IMG/VR virus record: IMGVR_UViG_3300034023_000183
Span: 1 to 62,865 of that record
Source of the DNA: a virus
Lineage: Duplodnaviria > Caudoviricetes
Strand: one strand, 5' to 3'
Length of the DNA: 62,865 nt
Under the pieces are notes generated by a model, which saw nothing but the letters and a program-made list of their open reading frames with translations, had not been told where the DNA came from and ran no database searches. The position numbers and the translations under genes are program-made. This document shows positions 1 through 10,200 of this stretch, piece by piece (the first letter of the stretch is position 1; each line of letters opens with the position of its first letter).

Positions 1-513
1 AAAGGTTTGGTTCTACAGATGGAAAACGACCAGATCACAGAAGTGTCTGGATGGGGTATGGCAGACTTTTTTAGAGATATCATGCGTGAGAACCCATACA
101 CTCAGAAGTTGGGATGCTATGATCCATACCTACACAAGTACATACTTGCATTTAACGATCAGAAGGTTGTACCTTGTAAGTTGACGCTGAGCAGATATTC
201 ATACAAAGGTCCATCTACACCATTTAATGTGATGGCATTCTTGATTAGCACAGATTCTGCCTGGACGATAAGCGTTCAAAATAATGGATACGGAACAAAC
301 TGGGTGTCTAACTATGCCACGTCTGGATTTGGACCGCAGAATATATTTATCAATGTGGCTCAAAACAATACAGGTTTTAATAGATTTATTACCTTTGTGG
401 TGTCATACTGTGACGGTTTAACTCAAGAATTTGTGTTAAATCAAGCAAAAGGCAAGAGAGGAGATGTTGTATTGACAGTATTTAATAACCCAACACCAGT
501 TATAAAGGGATAA
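1..513 (+). CDS. C-terminal part of tail stabilisation (muzzle) protein, continuing 59394-62865 across the circular join; ends in a BACON-like Ig domain
   Basis: The terminal 10-mer AAAGGTTTGG is shared; the frame reads FTDARKG-LVLQM...ITEVSGWGMADFFRD; WTIS...W...SGFG...INV..N.TG..R pattern is BACON-like. Confidence 0.75.
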   Translation, partial: KGLVLQMENDQITEVSGWGMADFFRDIMRENPYTQKLGCYDPYLHKYILAFNDQKVVPCKLTLSRYSYKGPSTPFNVMAFLISTDSAWTISVQNNGYGTNWVSNYATSGFGPQNIFINVAQNNTGFNRFITFVVSYCDGLTQEFVLNQAKGKRGDVVLTVFNNPTPVIKG

Positions 514-3335
514 TGAGATCTAATCAAAAATTCACTGTAAACGGAAACACTTATAATATAAGCAATATTCCGTTGCTTGAAAATGGTATATCACTATTTA
601 ATGCAGAGAGTGGTGTTGGTGGTTATGAATATATGCCAGCCGATGGCGAGACAGTCATAGTAGCAGCTGGTGAACTTACTGGAGACGATACTACATTTAG
701 GACGTTTGATCCTACGATGAACAATCAGATATACTATCTTGTGTCTAATACTCAGTATACAACTGCTGACAGAGATAGGATACTAGATCAAGCTATTTCC
801 GTGCCAGTTACATATGTAGACCAGATGTATGTTGGTAGCTTTGTATTTAGCAATCCTAATGACTTTCAGTATCTATACTTGATATGGGACTATACAGATA
901 GATTGATAGGTACTATATCTTATTCTGGAGATGCTACTGAAAGAAATGTAACTACTGGCTATTCTACAAGTATTGGTAGAGCTGGAATTGACTATACAAC
1001 TGCTAATAAGCCAGTTAGATATCAGATAGGGTGGAACGGTATTATTGTAGGTGACACTGGATACGTTGGATTGAATTCAATGGCAAACTATGACGACTTG
1101 ATTGGACAGAAGATTGATCCATCTTTGATTAAGCTTGTAGAGCCATTTGATGGAACAATAAACAATGGTAATGGTTCTCTCATATTCAATAAGTATCTTT
1201 CAACAGCTGAGGCTACTATATTTGTATCTGCACCATTAAAGACTACTGTATTTACTATTACAAAGGTTGCAACTTTTTTGACATCATTCTTTTTGGATAC
1301 GACTGACGGTGATGAGAGTACAGTATGTTCGCAGACTCCAGTTGATGAGAAGTGGCATAATGGTACGTCTGCTCAGCCAGTTGTTGGTAATATAATCTAT
1401 AATGATTCAGACGGTTCTGAGGTATACAACGGAGGAGATGCTCTTCACCTTGGATACGACAACATCTATTTTAGAATATCTACAAATGGTATTGTTTCCT
1501 TTGTAGGAAACTGTATATGTCCAGAGTATGCGCCACCATTTATATATCAAGGAGACATATACGTTAACATAAACCAAGCATTCAGTATTCAGATAGCAGC
1601 TACTGGTAATCCTAATAACTGGACTATAGATACTGCTCTAGACAGCTATTTATTATCTCCTGGAACTACGTCAACTGCATTTGAGTATACGGACTCAGAC
1701 AATGTGGTTAGAAGAATATCTGTATCCACAAACACATACGTTTGTTCGTATACTGCCCCAACTATTTTGTATGGTGATGGTTCATATACTTCAGATGGGA
1801 ATTGTGGCACTTCAACTTTGCCTGATGGCGTTAACTTTGACTTAACTAATGGAACATTGTCTGGTTCATCTACTGGGCCATGTTTTTATCAATTTACAGT
1901 AAAGGCTTCAAACTGTTTTGGTGATTCAGCGTTGAAGACTATAAGCATTAATGTTAACGACACAATTAATAACACACCGTTCTTAATTGACGTAGAGAAC
2001 TTTGGAGATACTGGAGATGCAGCTTGTGCACTTGCTGTGCCTTTGTATAGTGTGTACTACCATAATGGTGCTGGACGTGTTCCTACCGTTGGTGACACTA
2101 TATATTCTGACGATAATCTTACTACTCCGTTCATGGGTGGTGACCAGTGGTATAAGATTGACCACTCGACATACAGCATACAAGTAAATCCATTTGGTAG
2201 AGTATGCGAGAAGAACGAGTGTCCCGTATCTACGACTACGACAACTAGTACGACAACTACAACTAGCACGACTACTCTTCCATCTGGAGATTATTTTGAG
2301 GCTACGTTGTGCGTAAATGGTGCAGTCACTGCTGTTATATTTGACGCAACAACTGCTGGACTAGCTCCTGGTGATACGGTTAAAACAACTGACGGTAACT
2401 GTTGGACGATTGATTCTACTACAACGGCAAGTTATCCGTACTATTCGATTGAAGCTTTGGCTACGGTATATGGTGATTGTGATACATGTTTGAACGTAAC
2501 TACTACAACAACTACCACTACAACTACAACGGCAACTCCAGTACTTGCGTTTGATGCAGATCCGACAGCATACGAAAGTTCTAGTGAGGCATGTGCATCT
2601 GGTACGGCTCCTTATACTACGTTCTATCATAATGGCGAGGTAACGTATCCTAATGTGTACGACTTTATATTTACAGATTCTTTGGGTACAACATACTTTG
2701 ATGGTGCTTACGGATGGTACTACATGGACAACGGATACGTAATACAGATTGCGACTACTGGTCAAGTGTTAAGCGTTATCGATTGCTCTGCCACTACTAC
2801 TACAACTACAACCACGATACCTACATGGTACTATGAGGCTGTAGAGTGTGGAACAGCTAGCCCTACATTTATAGTATCGCAGCAGAGTTTCACAGAGCTT
2901 ATTGTGGGTAATGTTGTGAAATGTGATGATGGAATATGTTATACTATTACTACTACTGGAGAGTCTGCACCAGCTGATCATGTTATATTGTTTGTATATG
3001 CTACATGTCTAGACTGCCAAGGTGTAACGACTACAACTACTAGTACTACTACAACAACAACTACTAGTACTACCACGACAACTACGACTACAACTACGAC
3101 TCTTCCTCCGTTGACTAAGATAACGACAAGAAGTGGATCAAGCACTGGAGTTTGTTCTGGAACGCTTGGAGAATTTTTTGTTGACGGACCTCTTGGTGTT
3201 TACGGAAATAGTATTTATATTTACAGTTCTGGATACTCGTTGGCACCAGCAGCATACTATTTAAATACTATCACTGGTATAGCGTATGAGTGGGACGGAA
3301 CAGATTGGACAGGCAATTCAGTTACATGCAGTTAA
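513..3335 (+). CDS. Mucin-like poly-Thr, Cys-rich repeat virion/tail protein with putative Ig (He_PIG-like) domain
   Basis: 940 aa; four Thr tracts; repeated YHNG..P.VG..IY.D modules; LPDGVNFDLTNGTLSG motif; TAATG overlap with the upstream gene. Confidence 0.7.
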   Translation: MRSNQKFTVNGNTYNISNIPLLENGISLFNAESGVGGYEYMPADGETVIVAAGELTGDDTTFRTFDPTMNNQIYYLVSNTQYTTADRDRILDQAISVPVTYVDQMYVGSFVFSNPNDFQYLYLIWDYTDRLIGTISYSGDATERNVTTGYSTSIGRAGIDYTTANKPVRYQIGWNGIIVGDTGYVGLNSMANYDDLIGQKIDPSLIKLVEPFDGTINNGNGSLIFNKYLSTAEATIFVSAPLKTTVFTITKVATFLTSFFLDTTDGDESTVCSQTPVDEKWHNGTSAQPVVGNIIYNDSDGSEVYNGGDALHLGYDNIYFRISTNGIVSFVGNCICPEYAPPFIYQGDIYVNINQAFSIQIAATGNPNNWTIDTALDSYLLSPGTTSTAFEYTDSDNVVRRISVSTNTYVCSYTAPTILYGDGSYTSDGNCGTSTLPDGVNFDLTNGTLSGSSTGPCFYQFTVKASNCFGDSALKTISINVNDTINNTPFLIDVENFGDTGDAACALAVPLYSVYYHNGAGRVPTVGDTIYSDDNLTTPFMGGDQWYKIDHSTYSIQVNPFGRVCEKNECPVSTTTTTSTTTTTSTTTLPSGDYFEATLCVNGAVTAVIFDATTAGLAPGDTVKTTDGNCWTIDSTTTASYPYYSIEALATVYGDCDTCLNVTTTTTTTTTTTATPVLAFDADPTAYESSSEACASGTAPYTTFYHNGEVTYPNVYDFIFTDSLGTTYFDGAYGWYYMDNGYVIQIATTGQVLSVIDCSATTTTTTTTIPTWYYEAVECGTASPTFIVSQQSFTELIVGNVVKCDDGICYTITTTGESAPADHVILFVYATCLDCQGVTTTTTSTTTTTTTSTTTTTTTTTTTLPPLTKITTRSGSSTGVCSGTLGEFFVDGPLGVYGNSIYIYSSGYSLAPAAYYLNTITGIAYEWDGTDWTGNSVTCS

Positions 3336-4243
3336 AATTTATATCTGCTCAACCAGCCATTGATTATTACGCTTGGCAGGCTGAGGTTTACATCACACAG
3401 TTCTTGAGACTGGGATACAATCCAGAGGACATATACGTCATTGCTGGGTACGAGGACGAGCCAGACATGTCATGGCATAAGTTGATGAGGAAGTTCCCGA
3501 AGGTGAACATACACATCTACCGTGACACGACTGGACCTATTGACTACCAGCCAGCTGTGCAGGCTCATCTTCTTGAGAAGCACTGGGCCAAGTTCCCAGA
3601 GTCACAGAACTATGCGTGGTTCTTCCATGATGCCGATTTTCTGTTTACTAAGTATTTCGACTTTTCTCCATATCTTAAAGACAACAAGTGGTACTTCTCT
3701 GATACTATCAGTTATATAGGTGCCGACTATATAAAGAGCAAGGGAGACGTGGTACTGGACATTATGTGTCAAACAGTAAATATTGACAGATCTACCGTAG
3801 AGGCAAACCAGAAGAACTCTGGTGGTGCACAGAAGCTTATGAAGAACGTGACAAAAGAATACTGGGCTGCGGTGTACAAGTCATCGATCGACCTATATGA
3901 CATTTTAAGAAAGGTATCACACATCAAGAAAGAAGGCGACGAGTACGGCATACAGATATGGACGGCAAGTATGTGGGCTGAGCTGTGGAACGCATGGAAG
4001 ATGGGCTATGTTGTTGAGGTACCGAAGGAGTTTGACTTCTGCTGGGCTACATGTCATGTAAGCAAGTGGGACGAACTGGCGTTCTTCCACAATGCTGGTG
4101 TGCCAAACGCAAGCAGCGGAATGTTCTTTAAGGCAGACTACATAGATAAGTTTCCGTATGGTACGAATCTAGACATAGATAACAGCAGGTGTAGCTATAA
4201 ATACTACGAGATCGTTAAATCAATTGACAGCTATATAATTTAG
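3326..4243 (+). CDS. Putative GT-A fold glycosyltransferase (HPAT/SGT-like peptide O-glycosyltransferase)
   Basis: FFHDADFLF DxD motif, QIWTASMWA motif, FFHNAG; start placed at ATG 3326, which overlaps the upstream stop. Confidence 0.65.
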   Translation: MQLKFISAQPAIDYYAWQAEVYITQFLRLGYNPEDIYVIAGYEDEPDMSWHKLMRKFPKVNIHIYRDTTGPIDYQPAVQAHLLEKHWAKFPESQNYAWFFHDADFLFTKYFDFSPYLKDNKWYFSDTISYIGADYIKSKGDVVLDIMCQTVNIDRSTVEANQKNSGGAQKLMKNVTKEYWAAVYKSSIDLYDILRKVSHIKKEGDEYGIQIWTASMWAELWNAWKMGYVVEVPKEFDFCWATCHVSKWDELAFFHNAGVPNASSGMFFKADYIDKFPYGTNLDIDNSRCSYKYYEIVKSIDSYII

Positions 4244-4251
4244 TATCTTTG
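4244..4251 (+). promoter_or_regulatory. Bacteroidota sigma-A -7 box TATCTTTG
   Basis: Matches TAnnTTTG; ATG 4256 lies 5 nt after the final G. Confidence 0.6.
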
Positions 4252-4255
4252 CAGT

Positions 4256-4993
4256 ATGGCAATAGAGACTCTATCATATTCACCAGCAGCTAACGGGTGG
4301 TCATCCCGTTGGTCATTCGAGCCAGATTGGATGGTTGGAATGAATAATAAACTGTACACATGGAAGGACGGTAGTCTTTACGAGCACTACTCCAATGAGA
4401 CTAGAAATGAGTTCTACGGTGTGGCATATCCTTCTACCGTTACGAGTATATTAAACGAGTTTCCTCAAGACAGAAAGATGTACAAGACTCTTGCTGTTGA
4501 TAGCGACCATGTGTGGTCTGCTGAAGTAGAGACAGAGCTTGGAGAGGGTGCAATTGCTTCAGATGAGTTTCAATTAAAGGAGGGCGTATGGTTTGCATTT
4601 ATCAGACGCAACGATGGTGATCTTGACTTGCATGAGATATCTGTACAAGGTCTTGGAGTTGTTGATGCATTTAACTACCCTAACATAGACCTTGCATATC
4701 CATATGATACTGATGGGCATATAAGCATTGGTGATGCATTGTATAAGATTGATGGATCTGGTGCTCTTGTGTTCTTGGCAAATGTTTTAGATCATAATGA
4801 ATTTACAATATCTGTAGATGCACCACTTGCTGCTCCTTTAACAATGGGTGATTTTCTAGTGTACGCTAAGAACAGCGTAGCCGAGTCGTTTGGTGCTCGT
4901 GGGTACCATATGATCGTTAAGCTTACCAACAATGATCCAGTCCAAGTGGAAATTTATTCACTTCGATCAAATGTATTCAAAAGTTTTGAATAA
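4256..4993 (+). CDS. Tail stabilisation protein-like C-terminal module encoded as a separate gene
   Basis: TLSYS..GWSSRWSFEPDWM.GMNN.LYTWKDG.LYEH..N..RN.FYG and KEG.WFA resemble the C-termini of crAss-like stabilisation proteins. Confidence 0.55.
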   Translation: MAIETLSYSPAANGWSSRWSFEPDWMVGMNNKLYTWKDGSLYEHYSNETRNEFYGVAYPSTVTSILNEFPQDRKMYKTLAVDSDHVWSAEVETELGEGAIASDEFQLKEGVWFAFIRRNDGDLDLHEISVQGLGVVDAFNYPNIDLAYPYDTDGHISIGDALYKIDGSGALVFLANVLDHNEFTISVDAPLAAPLTMGDFLVYAKNSVAESFGARGYHMIVKLTNNDPVQVEIYSLRSNVFKSFE

Positions 4994-5034
4994 GTAACGA
5001 TTATTGCTTATCTTTGTGGGTAAAATTACCCAAT

Positions 5035-5679
5035 ATGATAGGAACTATAATGGCTGTTGCTTCTGGTCTTGTAAGTGCTGCTCAAGCGGTCAGTAACTTT
5101 CAGAAGGCAAAGAAGGCCGAGAAACAAGCAATAACTTTAGGGAATCAAGCAAATGCCGCAAAGATCGCAGATCAATACGCAGCGTTCCAAGCACCAGACA
5201 TTGCTTCAGCACAGTATAACGAGACAATGCGTCAAGCTACTCAAGCTACTCAAGCCTTGCAAGGTATGGGTCCAGAGGGTGCTGGACAGATCGCAAATCT
5301 AAACCAGTCTGTACTTCAACAAAACGCACAGACAGCTGCTGAACAGGCAAAGCTGAACTTTCAGCGTGACCAAGCTGTAGCTGAAGGACGAAACCAAAAT
5401 GCACAGTACGAGTACTCAGCAAAAATGAATATGTTGCAAGGGGCACTAGAGGGAGCACAAGGTGCGTCTACAGCTGGTCGTCAAAATGCAATGGGAGCTA
5501 TTGCTGGAGGTATTGAGGGTATCGGTGCTGGTCTTTCATATGACTATGGAGATGCAGACAAGGTTTGGAATGAAGGTAAAAAAACTAATACTGGATTAGA
5601 TGGTCAGACTGGAGGAAAATCGTTGACTGATAAAAAAGGAACAAAGAATGTTACGACTACCACTACAGCTCGTATGTAG
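5035..5679 (+). CDS. Ala/Gln/Gly-rich putative ejection (internal virion) protein
   Basis: Composition and position between tail genes and the giant protein; start moved to ATG 5035, downstream of TATCTTTG at 5009-5016. Confidence 0.5.
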   Translation: MIGTIMAVASGLVSAAQAVSNFQKAKKAEKQAITLGNQANAAKIADQYAAFQAPDIASAQYNETMRQATQATQALQGMGPEGAGQIANLNQSVLQQNAQTAAEQAKLNFQRDQAVAEGRNQNAQYEYSAKMNMLQGALEGAQGASTAGRQNAMGAIAGGIEGIGAGLSYDYGDADKVWNEGKKTNTGLDGQTGGKSLTDKKGTKNVTTTTTARM

Positions 5680-5700
5680 TAAATAACAAATAATTAAATC

Positions 5701-7194
5701 ATGCCAGAATACTACGGATACGTTGCCCCAGATCAAGTCAATCTTGGTAAGTCTATTGCTAATGTAGCAGAGATGTTTATTGCTGCCGAGGACAAGCGAA
5801 AAGCAAAACGTGAGGGCGAGCAGAAGTCATTAGATGAAGCCAGAAAGAAAATAAGTGAGATTGAGCAGACGAGCAATCCATCTATTAACAGCTTGGTGAA
5901 CAATGGAGTTGATGGTGCAAGAAATTATATTGTAAATCTAGAGAAGATGCGTAAATCTGGTAAGATTACTGGAGCAGACTTCAATAGAGCAATGACCAAT
6001 ATAAATGAGTCTTGGGATAACTTTGCGTTCTCAACAAAGAATATGAATGAGCGATTGGCCGAAAATATGGCTAGAGCAGAATCTGGTGAGGCATCGGCAG
6101 TTGAGATGAAGCGTGCTCAAATTCAATCTGACATTTTAAATACAAAGGACAAGAGTATTATAGTTGGAGAGGATGGTAACATGTACATGATCGACAAGAA
6201 CAATCCAGACAAGCCTATAAGTTTAAGATCACTAGGTAATCTAGACAACATGGTTCACAACAAGATGGACATAGATGCGATAGTGAATGATGCTGTAACT
6301 AAGTTTGGAGATTTTACTATTGAATCTGGGACAAGTACAGAAAGTGGAGCAAGAACTCAAGGAGAATTATATAACGCAACTAAAGTTGATATAATCAATT
6401 CAATCGTAAACAAGAAAAACCCAGCAGCAGTAGTGTCATTATTGATGGATAACATGGGTGCAGATTACGATCAATACTATAACAATACTGAGAAGAACGA
6501 ATTGCTAGATGAGGCTGTTGCACGTCAAGAGAAAATTTCTGGATATCCAATGGACGAAGAGCAAAAGAAAGCGTTTAAGGAGGACTATCTGAAGAACAAG
6601 ATGATTGAATACAGGATAGATGAAAATGGAGTCTATCAACCAGTCGTTACAGAACAGATGATTAAAGAGGCCGAGAATTTCATAGACCGAAAGATTGAGA
6701 TGCAAGTCGGTAGAACTAAAACAGAGGACGAAGATCGAGCAGCTAGAGGAGGAGGAGATGGATCAGCGATCCCAAAAGTATCATCTGTAGAAGAACAAAT
6801 AGTAGCTGACGCTAGATCTGCATGGAAGAATAATGATGTAAATGCACTTAGAAGAGCAAGTAACGACCAATATTTCTTTGTATATTCACCAGATGGTGGA
6901 GTTAATGTATTTAAAACTAATCCAGAGAAATATCAAGAAGCATTAGCACAATATAAAAAAGAAAAAGCTGCTTGGGATAAATTAAGCAGAGAAGAAAAAC
7001 TACGTAAATCAGAACCAAAAAAACCAGAGGCAAAAGGGGTTATTGCTGAAAATATAAAAAGCGTTGATGGTTTATATCCATATTTCTTTGGTTCTGGTAG
7101 TACTAATATGGAGAAATGGAAATCTATATTAGAACAACAAAGAGCTGCTGAAGGTGGTAGTGGAACTACAACTACTAAAAAGAAATTTAACTGA
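5701..7194 (+). CDS. Putative ejection/internal virion protein (coiled coil)
   Basis: 497-aa charged helical ORF in the ejection-protein position. Confidence 0.45.
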   Translation: MPEYYGYVAPDQVNLGKSIANVAEMFIAAEDKRKAKREGEQKSLDEARKKISEIEQTSNPSINSLVNNGVDGARNYIVNLEKMRKSGKITGADFNRAMTNINESWDNFAFSTKNMNERLAENMARAESGEASAVEMKRAQIQSDILNTKDKSIIVGEDGNMYMIDKNNPDKPISLRSLGNLDNMVHNKMDIDAIVNDAVTKFGDFTIESGTSTESGARTQGELYNATKVDIINSIVNKKNPAAVVSLLMDNMGADYDQYYNNTEKNELLDEAVARQEKISGYPMDEEQKKAFKEDYLKNKMIEYRIDENGVYQPVVTEQMIKEAENFIDRKIEMQVGRTKTEDEDRAARGGGDGSAIPKVSSVEEQIVADARSAWKNNDVNALRRASNDQYFFVYSPDGGVNVFKTNPEKYQEALAQYKKEKAAWDKLSREEKLRKSEPKKPEAKGVIAENIKSVDGLYPYFFGSGSTNMEKWKSILEQQRAAEGGSGTTTTKKKFN

Positions 7195-7202
7195 CAATAA
7201 AG

Positions 7203-10200
7203 ATGAACGATAAACAAAAGGAATTATATTCTTATTTAAGAGATAACGATCTTACTGATTTAGATTCAACAGCATTTTTTTCTAAATATTCAGATCCATC
7301 TAAGTCAAAGGAAATTTATGCCTATTTGAAACAGAATGGCATGACTGATTTAGATGCAAATGCTTTTCACGTTGCATACTTTTCTCCAGTTAAAAAAAAA
7401 AGTACTACGGTATCACCATCCGTACAAAAGAAAAAACCTACTTCTTCGGGTACTATGCCGAGTTGGATGCAAAGCTCTTTGGAGCAATCATCAAAAAAAG
7501 AACAAGCAGCTAAGAAGACTGTTGTTCCAAAAAAAGCAAAGAGTTCTAATATTTCTTTGGATGTAGAATCATTAAAAAATCCAAATGCTCCTAAAAAGGA
7601 AAAACAAGATTTTGATATATACTACGGATATCCTGGACAAGAAAAAAATCAATATAGAATAAGCAACGGAAGATGGCAAAGAAAATATGGCCAGAACTGG
7701 GTGGATGTATCTAATCCAGGATCTATAGATTCTTTAACTAAATTCTTTAAAAAGGAAAAAGAAATATTAAAAGATGAAAAAGTATTTACTGGATTTCCTG
7801 GTAAAGAAAATAATAGATATAGAATATCTGAACTACAGAACGGACAAAAAGTTTGGGAGGTTCAAAGAAGTGGTCAAAAAGATTTCACTGTAATTGCAGA
7901 TCAAGGATCAATCGATGCGTTAAACAGACAGTTTAACAAAAAGATTCAGTACAATGATGATGCACAGAGCAAGCGAGAGGCACAAATAAATAGAAGAGAA
8001 AGTGCATCTGAAGATTTCAAGACAGTTACTGGCAAGCTTGTAGGAAAGGAATCTGATGAGGTTTCTAAGTACTTAAACAAATTGTATGGTAACCGAGGAT
8101 TTAGATTCACTCCAGTAGGCTGGTTAACAGATAGAATACGAGTAAGTGCAGAGGGTACTGACAGAACAGAGATATTTGAATTAGACAACTGGACAGACAA
8201 TACGGATTCAGCTGAGGCATTAAAGTTAAGAAAATTCTTATCAGAGAATCAACAGTTGGGTGACTATATCGATCTTGAAAGGGAAGAAGAAAAGAATGCT
8301 GAAAAGGATATTTTAGGTACAGAATTGACTAGGGAAGATCTTGATAAACAAATTTCAAGACTTCGAGTTGCTGGAAATCAAGCCGAATTTAAATCAGCTC
8401 AAAAACAAAATACCGAAGAGAATATTGCTAAAGGGTTAAACAAAAACTCTACAGATGTAATTGAAGCTAGAAAAACATTGATTCGTGCTAAATACGATAC
8501 AAATCAAAGAATAGACGACCTAACAAAAACAGCAAAGACGAAGTCTGAAAAAAGCGAACTAGCTGCTATTGCTATGGCTAATAAAGGTAATTTTGTTGAA
8601 ACACATAAGGTAGACAATGAATATATAAATGATTTAAATAAAACAAGCAAGGCTCTAGATGGTGATCTTAAACAACTTAAATCAGATGTAGATGATTTTA
8701 ATGCATACATAAAAGAAAATAAAATAACTAAAGAGCAACTAGAATCTGATCCAGAGCTTATGGCTAAAAAAGATTCTATTCAAGTGAGATACGACCAGCT
8801 AGTAGCTAGTGCAGATGAATTTGAATTTGAATCTAAAAAAATTCCATTCATACAACAACAAAACTCTAGAAATGCTGCTCTTTATTTTGCTTACAATGAA
8901 ACTAGGGGTAGCGTTATTGGTAGCACATGGAACGGACTTGTTAGAGGGTTTCTTGCTCCAATGCAAACATTCAGAGTTGTAGATAAGGAGGGACTAGATA
9001 ATGTTGTAGAATTTCTAGGTAGCTCAAGCACAGCGGAATTTGCACAATCTAAAGATAGAAATGATTTATCTAGAGCATTATTAAGTACGTCTGAATCTCT
9101 TGGTGCTGCTGTTATGGCTCGATTGACTGGAGGTATAGCTACTGAAGGAACAATAGCTAGTAAGGCACTTCAATTTACTCCATTCTTCTCTATATCATAC
9201 AATGAGATGCAGAATGAAATAAATAGCATTCCAGGAATGAATAAGGTGCCTTGGTATAAAAAAGAGGCTCTATGTATAGCATACGGTATTGGAGTAGGTT
9301 ATTTAGATAAACTATCAACTGATTTTTCAGTAAAAGGAAAAATATCAAATAAGATTGGAAGAGATCTAGTATTAAGAAGCATAGCTGGCTTACCTAAAGG
9401 CGCATCTGCTGAAGCTATAGAAATGGCAATCGCAAGTAATTTTAAGAAAAGTTTAGCAGCTGGAACCATAAAAATAATAGCTGGTTCTGTTGTAGAGGGA
9501 ATTACAGAGGGCGTTCAATCTACATATGGAACTGGACTTAAGGAGGCTTATGACTGGATGAATGGAGTAGATGAGTTTGATTCAAGAGAATGGATATCAC
9601 AAGCTCTTGAGGAAACTTATTATGGAGCATTGGGAGGTAGCATTATGAGTACTCCTTCAGCATTATTAAAGGGTACAAAGGATGGATTTGCCAGACTCAA
9701 TCCACAACAGATGGAGTTGGCAAGAAAGGTAATAGAGGATTCCAATATGCGTTCAATGGTTATAACAGATATCAAGACTAAGTTGATGTCTGGAGAAATA
9801 ACCAAGGAAGAGGCTAACAGCCAGATGGAAGCTATAAAAGAGTCTCAAGCTTTATTTTCAAAGATACCAGACAACTTGTCGGCAGAAAGTACATCTAGAG
9901 CTATGGACCTCATAAAGGAGCGTTCAGTTATAGAACAACAAATAAAAGGTAAGGATAAAGACCTTGTGATTGCTAGAACAAGAAGAATAGCAGCAATTAA
10001 TAACGAACTTAAAGTAATATCAGAAAATGCCATTAAAGAAAGCACAGAACAGCAGCAAGAAGGCACAGCAGAAGGCGGTGTCGTTCAACGTGAGGGAGTT
10101 GTTGAAGGACAACCAGAAGTCGGGCAAGGAGAAGGGACAGTCGGGCAAACCACGGAGCAAGGCACAGATATTGGCGATCGCACTGTCGAAGGCAGGAGTC

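Noticed and set aside
2229-3101. Thr tracts as slippage microsatellites or phase variation
   Set aside because: Codons are mixed (ACT/ACA/ACG/ACC), not pure trinucleotide repeats
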